This document shows, in pieces, positions 51,660 to 60,886 of a DNA stretch of 64,000 nucleotides. The notes under the pieces were generated by a model. It did no database searches. It had not been told where the DNA came from and was given only the letters and a program-made list of their open reading frames with translations. Location: contig CAZEKJ010000004.1 of NCBI GenBank assembly GCA_964512915.1, positions 41,347 through 105,346 on the forward strand. Reading direction: 5' to 3'. Every line of letters starts with the position of its first letter. The stretch's first letter is position 1. This DNA comes from an uncultured Porphyromonadaceae bacterium (GTDB taxonomy: Bacteria > Bacteroidota > Bacteroidia > Bacteroidales > UBA12481). The translations under genes and the position numbers were made by a program.

Positions 51660-51761
51660 CTACTTGATTTATTCATGATTATTAGCTTATTTAGATTTGT
51701 TTTTAATAATAACCCGTTGAGGATTAGTATGTTAAAAATCAGATTTTCACCTGTCAGGTTT
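51631..51761. repeat. Possible AT-rich insertion bounded by ACCTGTCAGG palindromes at the GH95/GH29 junction
   Basis: accttagacctgtcag (51631-51646; the first 12 nt are identical to 42081-42092) and cacctgtcaggttt (48-61). The interior is markedly AT-rich and contains the GH95 stop and the GH29 ATG. Confidence 0.35.
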
Positions 51762-53606
51762 ATCCTTGTACTAACCATCCTGGTGACCGATTTCTTTCTC
51801 GGCCCACAGGCTCTTGCGCAAAGCTCGCCCAAGCCCTACGGTCCGGTCCCAAGTTCAGCCCAGCTGAAATGGCACCAGACCGAACTGTACGGACTGATTC
51901 ATTTCTCCACCACCACGTATGCCAATCTGGAGTGGGGCTACGGCAATGAACCGGCCAAAAACTTCAATCCGAAGGAATTCGATGCCGACCAGATTGCGGC
52001 GGCTGCCAAGGCTGGCGGACTGCGCGGACTCATCCTGGTAACCAAGCACCACTGCGGGTTCTGCCTCTGGCCCTCGAAATACAACGACACCTATTCGGTG
52101 AAAAACTCGCCGTGGAAAGACGGTCAGGGCGACATGGTAAAAGACTACGCAGATGCCTGCAAAAAGTACGGGCTGAAGTTCGGCGTCTACCTTTCGCCGT
52201 GGGACCGCAACCACAAAGACTACGGCAAGGCGGAGTACATCACCTACTATATGAACCAGTTACGCGAATTGCTCACCAACTATGGCCCGATATATGAGGT
52301 TTGGCTCGACGGCGCCAACGGGGGCGATGGCTGGTATGGCGGGGCGAAAGAGAAGCGCACCATCGATAAAAACAACTACTATCCGTTTGAAAAGATCTTT
52401 GAACTGGTGTACGAGCTCCAGCCGAATGCTATCGTGTTCAGCGATATCGGTCCCGGTGCCCGCTGGGTGGGCAATGAATCGGGCTGGGCCAACGATCCCT
52501 GCTGGGCCACCTTCACGCCCAAAAACCGGGATGGCGAAAACCTGAAGCCGGTGCCGGGGAACACGAAATATGAAGAGGGCCTGAGCGGTCATCGGGATGG
52601 AAAATTCTGGATCCCGGCCGAGAGTGATTTCCCGCTGCGACAGGGCTGGTTCTATCATCCCGATCAGAAGCCGAGAACGCCGGAAAATCTCTGGAAAACC
52701 TACCTCGAATCGGTGGGCCGGGGCACGGCCATGAATATCGGGCTGGCGCCGGATACCCGCGGCCTCCTCTGCGATGCTGACGTGAAATCGCTGGAAGGGT
52801 TTGGCCGGATACTGGAGGGTACCTTTAAAACCAACCTGGCAAAGCAGGCCAAAATCACCGCGGGAAATATCAGGAATAACAGCATAACCTATAATGTTGA
52901 CCGGCTGGTGGATGACAGCAACGACACCTATTGGGCCACCGACGATATCGTGACCAACTGCGGCGTGGTGTTTGATTTTGACGAAGCGGTTACCTTCAAC
53001 GTGGTGCGGTTTCGCGAATATCTGCCTTTGGGACAGCGGGTTGATGGCTGGTCGGTGGACACCTGGACCGGCACCGGCTGGAAAGAGCTGGCCTCCGGAC
53101 AATCCATCGGGGCCTGCCGGATTGTGGAGACCGATCCGGTAAAAACCACAAAAATCAGGTTCCGGATCACCCATTCACCGGTTTGTCCGGCCATTTCCGA
53201 TTTTGGACTGTATCTTAAATCATCAGGCCTAAATCCCGATGATGAGGCCAAAGCAGAGATCCTGAAATCCATGCAGCAGTCGCAGGACTACTGGAACTCC
53301 GGCAATCTCGACGGGTTCATGCACAACTACTGGCACTCCGATTCCCTCAAGTTCGTGGGCAAAACCGGCATCACTTACGGCTGGGATGCAACGCTGAAAC
53401 GCTACAAGGCCAGCTATCCCGATAAATCCAGGCAGGGTACATTAAAATTCGACTACCTCCATCTCGATAAAATAAGTGACGATGGATGGTATCAGGTTGG
53501 CAAATACACACTTACCCGCGACAAAGACACCTCATCAGGCCATTTCATGCTAATTTGGAGGAAAATCGACGGGCAGTGGCGGATTGTGGCGGATCATTCG
53601 TCGTGA
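51729..53606 (+). CDS. GH29 alpha-L-fucosidase with F5/8 type C-like and C-terminal DUF4440/SnoaL-like domains
   Basis: ORF 51675-53606; ATG at 51729 gives the signal peptide MLKIRFSPVRFILVLTILV. Catalytic region SSAQLKWHQTELYGLIHF...TKHHCGFCLWPS. C-terminal YWNSGNLDGFM...WRKIDGQWRIVADH. Confidence 0.8.
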   Translation: MLKIRFSPVRFILVLTILVTDFFLGPQALAQSSPKPYGPVPSSAQLKWHQTELYGLIHFSTTTYANLEWGYGNEPAKNFNPKEFDADQIAAAAKAGGLRGLILVTKHHCGFCLWPSKYNDTYSVKNSPWKDGQGDMVKDYADACKKYGLKFGVYLSPWDRNHKDYGKAEYITYYMNQLRELLTNYGPIYEVWLDGANGGDGWYGGAKEKRTIDKNNYYPFEKIFELVYELQPNAIVFSDIGPGARWVGNESGWANDPCWATFTPKNRDGENLKPVPGNTKYEEGLSGHRDGKFWIPAESDFPLRQGWFYHPDQKPRTPENLWKTYLESVGRGTAMNIGLAPDTRGLLCDADVKSLEGFGRILEGTFKTNLAKQAKITAGNIRNNSITYNVDRLVDDSNDTYWATDDIVTNCGVVFDFDEAVTFNVVRFREYLPLGQRVDGWSVDTWTGTGWKELASGQSIGACRIVETDPVKTTKIRFRITHSPVCPAISDFGLYLKSSGLNPDDEAKAEILKSMQQSQDYWNSGNLDGFMHNYWHSDSLKFVGKTGITYGWDATLKRYKASYPDKSRQGTLKFDYLHLDKISDDGWYQVGKYTLTRDKDTSSGHFMLIWRKIDGQWRIVADHSS

Positions 53607-53738
53607 CGACGCAAGCGTGCGCCCGCGTAACGCACCTGTAGGGGCGAACCCGCGGTTCACCCGGGATGGTTCGTGGGGAGTGACCAGTGACCAGTGACCA
53701 GTGACCAGTGACCAGTTCGTGATGCGTGACGCGTGAAG
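53602..53738. repeat. Composite spacer: CGTGA-like tract, GC hairpin, (GTGACCA)x5, CGTGAYG x3
   Basis: 53602-53635 cgtgacgacgcaagcgtgcgcccgcgtaacgcac. 53636-53666 ctgtaggggcgaacccgcggttcacccggg. 53680-53714 five perfect gtgacca. 53718-53738 cgtgatg cgtgacg cgtgaag. Confidence 0.95.
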
Positions 53739-53764
53739 GGAGCACGTTACGGGAAGTGTGAATT

Positions 53765-54790
53765 TTAATCAGGATCCCTTAGCCATCGGTCAATACTTCG
53801 GGCAACCATCTCTGGATTGGGTAAGAGTGTTTTATAATATTCCGGCAGCTCCGGGGTTGTGCTGTAAGTAGCAACCCCAATGGGAAGCATCGAGCTTTTC
53901 AAGGAATATTCAACGACCAGCCGCTTTTTGTTTTTACAAATTATGATCCCGATTGAGTCATTTTCATTTGGGAGTTTAACCTGATCATTCAGCACAGCCA
54001 AATAAAACTCCATTTTCCCTTTGTATTCCGGTTTAAAAGCACCGGTCTTCAGTTCAATGGCGACCAAACTTTGAAGCCTTCTGTGGTATAAAAGTAGGTC
54101 GATATAATATTCTTCATCCTCTACCCCCAAACGATATTGATTACCGATAAAGCTAAAGTCATCGCCGAGCTCAATCAAAAACCCACGAATGTTTTTCAGC
54201 AGCGCAAGTTCAAGTTCATGTTCGCTGTGATTATCAGACAATTCCAGGAAATCAAAAGTATAATGATCTTTAACAGCCAGTTTTCTTTGGGCCTGATATT
54301 TCTCTGGAACCGTCTGGTCAAAATTGGTTTGATTGAGCGTATATTTTTCATAAGTCCGGTTATCAATCTGATGGTCAAGGACCCTTGATGTCCAACCAAA
54401 CCTTTTTGCCGCAAGGAGATAAAACAGACGTTCGGATCTAGTCTTGCATTTTGAAAAAATTATGACGTTATGAGAAAAGCTAATTTCTCCAGTCAATGAC
54501 TGGAGAATTGTATCACCTTGATATTCCGTGTAATACTGGACCATGTTCCATAAATTAGTTGTGGAATACCCCCGCTGTCCGGGAAACTCCTTTTGAAGGT
54601 CGGCAGCCAGGGTTTCAACGACTGACTTACCCCAACCCTCCACTTTTTGCTTCTCCGCGATCATCTTACCCCGATCCCAGTAGAGGGCAACCAGTTCTTT
54701 ATTAACCGATCTCAAAGCCTCATACTGTGCTGACCGGATGCGGTCTTTAACTTCAACAAAGAAATCGCGATACTCTTTCGGTGATTCCAT
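53765..54790 (-). CDS. YhcG-like PDDEXK nuclease (DUF1016 family)
   Basis: 341 aa. N-terminal IRSAQYEALRSVNKELVALYWDRGKMI and the C-terminal D...ELK core (DLLLYHRRLQSLVAIELK). Visibly AT-richer than its flanks. Confidence 0.75.
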   Translation of the reverse strand: MESPKEYRDFFVEVKDRIRSAQYEALRSVNKELVALYWDRGKMIAEKQKVEGWGKSVVETLAADLQKEFPGQRGYSTTNLWNMVQYYTEYQGDTILQSLTGEISFSHNVIIFSKCKTRSERLFYLLAAKRFGWTSRVLDHQIDNRTYEKYTLNQTNFDQTVPEKYQAQRKLAVKDHYTFDFLELSDNHSEHELELALLKNIRGFLIELGDDFSFIGNQYRLGVEDEEYYIDLLLYHRRLQSLVAIELKTGAFKPEYKGKMEFYLAVLNDQVKLPNENDSIGIIICKNKKRLVVEYSLKSSMLPIGVATYSTTPELPEYYKTLLPNPEMVARSIDRWLRDPD

Positions 54791-54883
54791 GATAGGGTAT
54801 TTCCCTATTTAGATGCTGCCGAGAGCATAGAATGGAGAAAACACCTGGAAAACTTTTGTGCTTTATTAAACCTCCCGACAAAA

Positions 54884-54969
54884 CGTGAGGCGTGACGCGT
54901 GATGCGAAAAACCGGTAACTGGTAACCGGCAACCAGCAACCAGCAACCAGCAACTAGTAACCAGCAACC
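54884..54969. repeat. CGTGANS x3 followed by RGYAACY x8
   Basis: cgtgagg cgtgacg cgtgatg cg aaaaacc, then ggtaact ggtaacc ggcaacc agcaacc agcaacc agcaact agtaacc agcaacc. The last units encode AGY-stop of GH29 (54954). Confidence 0.95.
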
Positions 54970-56378
54970 TTCACCACCACTGCCTCCTGTTTCGCCAACT
55001 CCTCCCGCATCGCCTTTGGGATTACCACTAACAGTCCATCCGGCGTCATCTTGCTTTTCAGGGTTTTATTGCCAGCAACCAGGGTAGCGGTGAGTTTGCC
55101 TTTTAATTGGGTTTTGATGATCAGGTTCTCGGGCAATGCCACCTCATCGTTATCGGGCATATAAATGGCGTAAATCGTTTTGTCACCTTTTGCCGTGTAG
55201 GCGATCTTGCCTTGCTGGAAGGGCTCCACCGGGGTGGTTCCATAGATGGCTTCTCCATTGACCGACAGCCATTTGCCCATGCCTTCCAGACGCTGATACA
55301 CGGCCGGCTCAAATTCGCCGGTGCCTTTGGGACCCACACCCAGCAGAAGGTTGCCGCCTTTGGCCACGATCTTCACCAGCAGCTGAACCAGTTCCTTTAC
55401 GGATTTATAATTATCACCGGGCACCCAGCCCCAGGCGCCGCCCATCGTGATGCAGCTTTCCCACGGCACGGCGAGGGCTTTCTCGGGGGTCTTCTGTTCG
55501 GGAGTCAGGTAATCCTCATATTCGCTCTTCACCCAGCGGTCGACCACCAGCATTCCGGGATTCGCCTTACGGGCGCGGGCCGCGATGGTTTTCATGTCGA
55601 TATCCATATCGTGCGGATACTTGCAGAATTCGGCAACCTTGGGCGTGATGGAGGATTTCGGCATCACCCAGCAGCCATCGAGCCAGAGAATATCCACTTT
55701 CCCGTACTCGGTTGTGATCTCATTAATCTGATTCTGTGTGTATTCCACGAACTTCTTCCATCGCTCCGGATGCTGGGTGATGTCGTAGGTGGGATTCCGG
55801 TCCTTCGGCGGATAATAGGGCCACCAGAAATAGGGGGTGGTCCAGTCGGGCTTCGAGAAATAGGCGCCCACGGCCATCCCCTCGGCACGACAGGCATTCA
55901 TGATCTCCTTGTATACGTTAGATTTCGGATTGGTCGAGAATGGGGTTCCCTTGTCGGTCACCTTAAAATCGGTGTATTTGGTATCATACAGACAGAACCC
56001 GTCATGATGTTTCGTGCTGTAAATCATATACTTTGCCCCCGATCCCTTGAATGCTTTCGCCCATTTCTGCGGATCGAACTGAACCGGATTGAATTTCGAT
56101 TTGTTATTCCGATAATCGGTTGCGTACTTATAGTAGTCGTCATACCCGGGCCGGGTGATCCAGTCCTCCGGGCAAAGTCCCCAGGATTCAATCACGCCAT
56201 CCACCGAGTACAAGCCCATGTGAATGAGCAATCCAAACTTGTACCCCTGCCAGGTATTCAGATTTTCGAGCACCTTCGGATCCTTGGGCCAGACGTAGGT
56301 ATCGGGCTCAGATTGGGCGGAGAGGTTGAAAGAAGCCAGGATCAGAAAAAGGCTGAGTAGGGTTGCTAAGCGTTTCAT
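54954..56378 (-). CDS. GH29 alpha-L-fucosidase
   Basis: 474 aa. Signal peptide and the YKFGLLIHMGLYS...STKHHDGFCLYDT blocks. The last three codons and the stop lie in a heptamer array. Confidence 0.85.
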   Translation of the reverse strand: MKRLATLLSLFLILASFNLSAQSEPDTYVWPKDPKVLENLNTWQGYKFGLLIHMGLYSVDGVIESWGLCPEDWITRPGYDDYYKYATDYRNNKSKFNPVQFDPQKWAKAFKGSGAKYMIYSTKHHDGFCLYDTKYTDFKVTDKGTPFSTNPKSNVYKEIMNACRAEGMAVGAYFSKPDWTTPYFWWPYYPPKDRNPTYDITQHPERWKKFVEYTQNQINEITTEYGKVDILWLDGCWVMPKSSITPKVAEFCKYPHDMDIDMKTIAARARKANPGMLVVDRWVKSEYEDYLTPEQKTPEKALAVPWESCITMGGAWGWVPGDNYKSVKELVQLLVKIVAKGGNLLLGVGPKGTGEFEPAVYQRLEGMGKWLSVNGEAIYGTTPVEPFQQGKIAYTAKGDKTIYAIYMPDNDEVALPENLIIKTQLKGKLTATLVAGNKTLKSKMTPDGLLVVIPKAMREELAKQEAVVVKVAGY

Positions 56379-56414
56379 GGGGATAGTTGGTTTTTCGGGA
56401 TAAAAATAAGAAAA

Positions 56415-56453
56415 GTTGCTGGTTGCCAGTTGCCGGTTGCCGGTTGCCGGTTT
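56415..56453. repeat. GGTTGCC heptamer array (reverse orientation of the RGYAACY family)
   Basis: gttgct ggttgcc agttgcc ggttgcc ggttgcc ggttt. Inverted relative to 54914-54969 across the GH29 gene. Confidence 0.95.
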
Positions 56454-56505
56454 ATCGGAAAATTGGCATCTTTATAATTCTGATAAACCTATAAAACTGT
56501 TTCCG

Positions 56506-59364
56506 ATGATTCGCCTCTTTGTATGTGCATCAATGTTCTGTATGTTCCTGGCCGGCTCCGGCCAAAACATCGGCACTTTCGATTATTTCGCAAACAACTG
56601 GAATGTGGCCGGATTGAAGGACTACCCGCGGGGAGCACGGATCAGTCCGGAAAACCTTGTGTATCTGGATGAATCAAACGGGGTAGTTGAAATCCGATAT
56701 GGAACAAATCTTACACCGCTGAGCCGGAAAGAGGGCAAGCTGGCCTGGGAGGGCTGGATGCCGATCATGCAGGTTCAGTCGGCTGAGGGCGGTATCCGCT
56801 ATGATTTTACCATCTGGGCGACCCCGATGCCGGATGTTAAAGAGTGGCAAAAGGCTTTCGACTGGCCGACGGAAGGGGAGAATTTCGCGGTCTGGATCCG
56901 GTATACGGCGACCAATACGTCCTCAAACCCGGCCCGGGCGCGGTTACATATCGGAATAAAACCAATAAAAAACTACGGTAATCATCTGATTGATAAAATA
57001 CTGGCTCCCGGTGAAACATTGGAGCAGGCAGCCCGGTATCCATTCTTTTCCATCAAAAATCCTGATGCGCTTACGGCTGCCGATTATAAGACCTGGTTTG
57101 ACCGGACAGTCGGATATTGGCATGAAATAAAGAGTTCCATCGCCCTGATCGAGGTTCCGGAGAAAAAGGCAACGGATGCCTTGAAGGCTGCGCATGTTTG
57201 CCAGATGATCGCCAATGATCTCGGGGAGGTTCGCGGCGGCGAAGGGTTTTATGATGAGTTCTACATCCGCGACGGGGCGTATCAGGTTATGGAACTGGAG
57301 GAGGCCGGCATGTGGGAGGCTGCGCGAAAATCCATCGAATTATATCTGCCCAGGCAGCGGGAGGACGGCCGTTTTGAATCGCACACCGGGCAATTTGACG
57401 CAAACGGTCAGGCTCCCTGGGTGTTGTGGCAGTATTACAAGATGACCGCCGACCGGGCTTTTCTGGAGCGGGTGTATCCGAAGATGCGGAAGTCGGCCGA
57501 CTGGACTATCGGAACTCTTAAGGAAACACAGAATGACCCGGAATACCCCGGGCTGCTCCCGAAGGCTTTGGCAGACGGGGAATATCTGTGGGCGGGTCAG
57601 AACCATATCGTCGGGTATGATTTCTGGAACCTGCGGGGTTTGCTCGTGACGGCGGATGCTGCGCGAATCCTTGGAAAGATGGATGAGGCATCGGAATTGA
57701 ACAGGATTGCTGAACAATACCGCTCGGCGATTAATGCGGCCATGAAGAAAAACGGATTGGCACATTTTCCCCCGAGCTGGGAGCTTATCGGGACTCATTG
57801 GGGCAATACCGAAACCCTCTGGCCCACTCCGATCTTTCCGAAAACCGATTCACGGGTGACTTCCCTGGTGGATTTTCTCAGAAACGATTTTGTGGGTGGA
57901 TATGCGGAAGGAACGATCCGATGGAACGGGTACCCGGATGTGATCCATCCCTATATGGGGGCGTACACGACCATGGCCGACCTCAGTTTGGGCAACGACG
58001 AGCGCGTGGTGGAGGATTTTTATTGGTATCTCCTCCATTCGACCGCAGCGCATGCGTTTCCGGAAGGAATATTCTATAAAACGCAGACCGCCTGGGGCAA
58101 TACGATACCACATGTTACCGGGGCCTGCAACTATGCGATCATGCTGCGGCACATGCTGGTTCATGAAGAGGGCGATGAGCTGCACCTGCTAAAGGCCGTG
58201 CCAGACGGGTGGCTGGCCGACGGGAAAGAGATCCGGATTGAGCGGCTGCCCACCTGGTTTGGGAATGTGACGATGGTCATTAAGGGGACAAAAGAAGGCG
58301 TTGAGGTAAAATTTGAAGGTCCCAACCGGGAGAAACCAGCCAGGATTTTTCTTCACCTGCCGGATAACCGCAAGCTGGTGAGTCCGTTGCCGGGTGTTGT
58401 GGTTGAGCTCCGCAAACCGCAGTCTGTACAGTGGAATTTTGAGAAGGTGGTAAAACAGTACCAGGCAATGCAGGAGAAGCCGGTGACTAGCATTCGTTTT
58501 GGCATGATGACCGATGTGCACAAGGATATCATGCATGATGCGGACCAGCGGTTAACCTCCTTTGTGAAAGAGATGACCGCCATTCAGCCGGACTTCACCA
58601 TTCATCTCGGCGATTTTTGTCAGCCTGCAGCCAAAAACCGGGAGTTTCTGGGGATCTGGAATTCCTTTCCCGGAGCCCGGTATCATGTATTGGGCAATCA
58701 CGATATGGACGGGGGATTCAGCCGTGACTCGACTGTTTCATTTTACGGGGCAAAGGGGAAATACTATTCCTATGACCGGGGTGATTTTCATTTTGTGGTG
58801 CTGGATGCTAACGAGGTGAATCCATCGCCATCCCGGCCGGCAGGCTATGCACATTATATCGGGAAAGAACAGCAGGATTGGCTTCGAAAGGACCTGGGCA
58901 AATCGAAACATCCGACGGTTGTTTTTTCCCATCAGCCCCTTCCCACCGGTATTGACAACTCCAAAGAGATCCTGGCCCTGCTGGCGGAAGCCGGAAAAGC
59001 AAATCCTGCCGGAAAGGTGATCGCCTGCTTCAACGGCCACGACCATGCCGATCAGGTTAAAAAAACCGGGGACATCTGGTTCATCCAGGTCAACTCTATG
59101 TCGTACGACTGGCTGGGTGATGCCTATGTGCATAAAAGTTACCCGGATTCGATACATAAAAACTACCCGGCTATTCAGTATACCGCACCTTACAAGGATC
59201 CGCTTTGGGCTGTTGTCACGCTAAGTTCAGACGGTACCATTAAAATTCAGGGAAGGAAAAGTGAGTGGGTAGGGTCTTCGCCGATGGAACTGAAGCATCC
59301 GGGGAAAGGGGGCGGAATGAAGTTTTCGGCGGGGATTATGGATACAGTACTTCTGTTGAAATAG
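56506..59364 (+). CDS. Large secreted protein: N-terminal (alpha/alpha)6-like domain fused to a C-terminal calcineurin-like metallophosphoesterase domain
   Basis: ORF 56416-59364; the first 30 codons read through a heptamer array. The ATG at 56506 gives MIRLFVCASMFCMFLAGSGQ. The C-terminal 280 aa carry phosphoesterase motifs (MTDVHKD, LGDF, GNHD, FSHQP, NGHDH). Confidence 0.55.
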   Translation: MIRLFVCASMFCMFLAGSGQNIGTFDYFANNWNVAGLKDYPRGARISPENLVYLDESNGVVEIRYGTNLTPLSRKEGKLAWEGWMPIMQVQSAEGGIRYDFTIWATPMPDVKEWQKAFDWPTEGENFAVWIRYTATNTSSNPARARLHIGIKPIKNYGNHLIDKILAPGETLEQAARYPFFSIKNPDALTAADYKTWFDRTVGYWHEIKSSIALIEVPEKKATDALKAAHVCQMIANDLGEVRGGEGFYDEFYIRDGAYQVMELEEAGMWEAARKSIELYLPRQREDGRFESHTGQFDANGQAPWVLWQYYKMTADRAFLERVYPKMRKSADWTIGTLKETQNDPEYPGLLPKALADGEYLWAGQNHIVGYDFWNLRGLLVTADAARILGKMDEASELNRIAEQYRSAINAAMKKNGLAHFPPSWELIGTHWGNTETLWPTPIFPKTDSRVTSLVDFLRNDFVGGYAEGTIRWNGYPDVIHPYMGAYTTMADLSLGNDERVVEDFYWYLLHSTAAHAFPEGIFYKTQTAWGNTIPHVTGACNYAIMLRHMLVHEEGDELHLLKAVPDGWLADGKEIRIERLPTWFGNVTMVIKGTKEGVEVKFEGPNREKPARIFLHLPDNRKLVSPLPGVVVELRKPQSVQWNFEKVVKQYQAMQEKPVTSIRFGMMTDVHKDIMHDADQRLTSFVKEMTAIQPDFTIHLGDFCQPAAKNREFLGIWNSFPGARYHVLGNHDMDGGFSRDSTVSFYGAKGKYYSYDRGDFHFVVLDANEVNPSPSRPAGYAHYIGKEQQDWLRKDLGKSKHPTVVFSHQPLPTGIDNSKEILALLAEAGKANPAGKVIACFNGHDHADQVKKTGDIWFIQVNSMSYDWLGDAYVHKSYPDSIHKNYPAIQYTAPYKDPLWAVVTLSSDGTIKIQGRKSEWVGSSPMELKHPGKGGGMKFSAGIMDTVLLLK

Positions 59365-59377
59365 CGAGATCAAACAT

Positions 59378-59531
59378 AAGGCAGAAGGCAGAGGGCAGAA
59401 GGCAAAAATTAGGACGAAGAAAAATGAAAAAAGAAGGAAACTGCTTCTAATCCAACTTGTTACTTAACTTGATTCTTAAGGATTAAGGACTTAAGACTAA
59501 TTTTTGCCTTCTGCCCTCTGCCCTCTGCCTT
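59378..59531. repeat. Hairpin element (GGCAGAR arms, 35-bp inverted repeat with 1 mismatch), copy A
   Basis: Left arm 59378-59412 aaggcagaaggcagagggcagaaggcaaaaattag. Right arm 59497-59531 is its complement apart from one base. 84-nt core. Confidence 0.95.
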
Positions 59532-59568
59532 GTTCTCCCACGACCACCTTTCCTAATACCAAAAATCC

Positions 59569-60696
59569 ATGACCCGCCACGAACGACTTCTTCGATCCCT
59601 CCGCGGCCTCCCGGTCGATCGCCCACCCGTCTGTTTCTACGAAATAAACGGCTACGACGAGCATCCGGAAGATCCTGATCCGTTCAATATTTTCTCCCAT
59701 CCCTCCTGGAAACCTCTAATCTACCTGGCCCGGGAGAAAACCGACCGGATCATCATGCGGGGCGTGGCTTTCAAGGAGATCGCCCCCGACCCGATCGGCC
59801 ACATTGCCGCCGATCAAACCACCCTAAAAAACGGCTCCCGGTACATCCGGCGAACCGTTCATGCGGGCAGGCGCATCCTGACCATGGAGACCCGTCAGGA
59901 TCCGGATATCAACACCATCTGGACCACCGAGCCGCTGCTCAAGGATCTGGATGATCTGGATGCGTTCCTTGAACTCCCCGTTTTCGGTGCCGGTGAAACC
60001 GTGAATGCCATTGAATTCCTTAAAGTTGAAGCCGATATCGGAGATACAGGTTTGGTCATGATCGACACGCCCGATCCGCTTTGCCTGGCTGCACTCCTCT
60101 TCGACATGAGCAATTACACCATGGTTGCCCTCACCGAACCCGAGCGCTTTCATAAATTACTGCAACGGTTCTCCGAGGTTCTCCTTGCCAAAACGGAGGA
60201 AGTTGCAAAACTCCTCCCCGGCCGCCTCTGGCGCATTTACGGTCCGGAGTTCGCCTCCCCGCCCTACCTGCCGCCTTATCTGTTCCGTGAATATGTATCC
60301 CGATATGTTGGCCCGATGATCGACCTGATCCACCAATCGGGCGGGTTTGCCCGGGTTCACTGTCATGGCAACATCCGCGACATCCTCGATGATATTGCAG
60401 CCATGGGTGCCGATGCCATTGACCCGATCGAGCCCCCGCCCCAGGGCGATGTAACGCTAAAATATGTAAGGGAACGCTACGGCGACCGCCTTGTCCTCTT
60501 CGGCAACCTCGAATGTGCCGATCTCGAAAACCTCCCGACTTCCGAATTTGAAAAGAAAATCCGCCAGGCCCTCGACGAAGGCACCGCCGGCTCCGGCCGC
60601 GGCTTCGTACTTATGCCCTCTGCTTCGCCATATGGGAGGGTGCTGGGGGAGCGTGCAATGAGGAACTATGAGGCGATGATCCGGGTAATACAATAA
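59569..60696 (+). CDS. Uroporphyrinogen decarboxylase (URO-D) family protein, MtaA/CmuA-like
   Basis: 375 aa. N-terminal MTRHERLLRSLRGLPVDRPPV and a C-terminal HCHGN...DPIEP pattern typical of the URO-D superfamily. Flanked by two inverted copies of one repeat element. Confidence 0.65.
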   Translation: MTRHERLLRSLRGLPVDRPPVCFYEINGYDEHPEDPDPFNIFSHPSWKPLIYLAREKTDRIIMRGVAFKEIAPDPIGHIAADQTTLKNGSRYIRRTVHAGRRILTMETRQDPDINTIWTTEPLLKDLDDLDAFLELPVFGAGETVNAIEFLKVEADIGDTGLVMIDTPDPLCLAALLFDMSNYTMVALTEPERFHKLLQRFSEVLLAKTEEVAKLLPGRLWRIYGPEFASPPYLPPYLFREYVSRYVGPMIDLIHQSGGFARVHCHGNIRDILDDIAAMGADAIDPIEPPPQGDVTLKYVRERYGDRLVLFGNLECADLENLPTSEFEKKIRQALDEGTAGSGRGFVLMPSASPYGRVLGERAMRNYEAMIRVIQ

Positions 60697-60841
60697 GGCA
60701 GAGGGTAGAAGGCAGAAGGCAGAAATTAGTCTTAAGTCCTTAATCCTTAAGAATCAAGTTAAGTAACAAGTTGGACTAGAAGCAGTTTATTTCTTTTCAC
60801 CTATTTCTTCTTACTAATTTCTGCCTTCTGCCCTCTGCCTT
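60695..60841. repeat. Hairpin element (GGCAGAR arms), copy B, inverted relative to copy A
   Basis: Arms 60695-60729 and 60814-60841. The 84-nt core (60730-60813) is the reverse complement of the copy A core (first 45 nt identical, about 85 percent overall by eye). Confidence 0.95.
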
Positions 60842-60886
60842 GTAAATATCTATATATGTTGTATTTTTACTTCAAATAGCCTTACT

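Noticed and set aside
53765-54790. Defence system call based on the YhcG-like PDDEXK nuclease
   Set aside because: It is a single gene with no partner genes (methylase, ATPase, helicase, toxin-antitoxin) nearby. DUF1016 proteins occur in many contexts. Only the atypical composition and flanking repeats are noted, under findings.
59378-60841. Integron gene cassette with attC-like hairpins
   Set aside because: No integrase, attI or Pc promoter is present. The hairpin elements flank genes in both orientations, including core housekeeping genes, and they lack the R''-L''/L'-R' organisation I would expect. The resemblance is limited to variable sequence with conserved fold.
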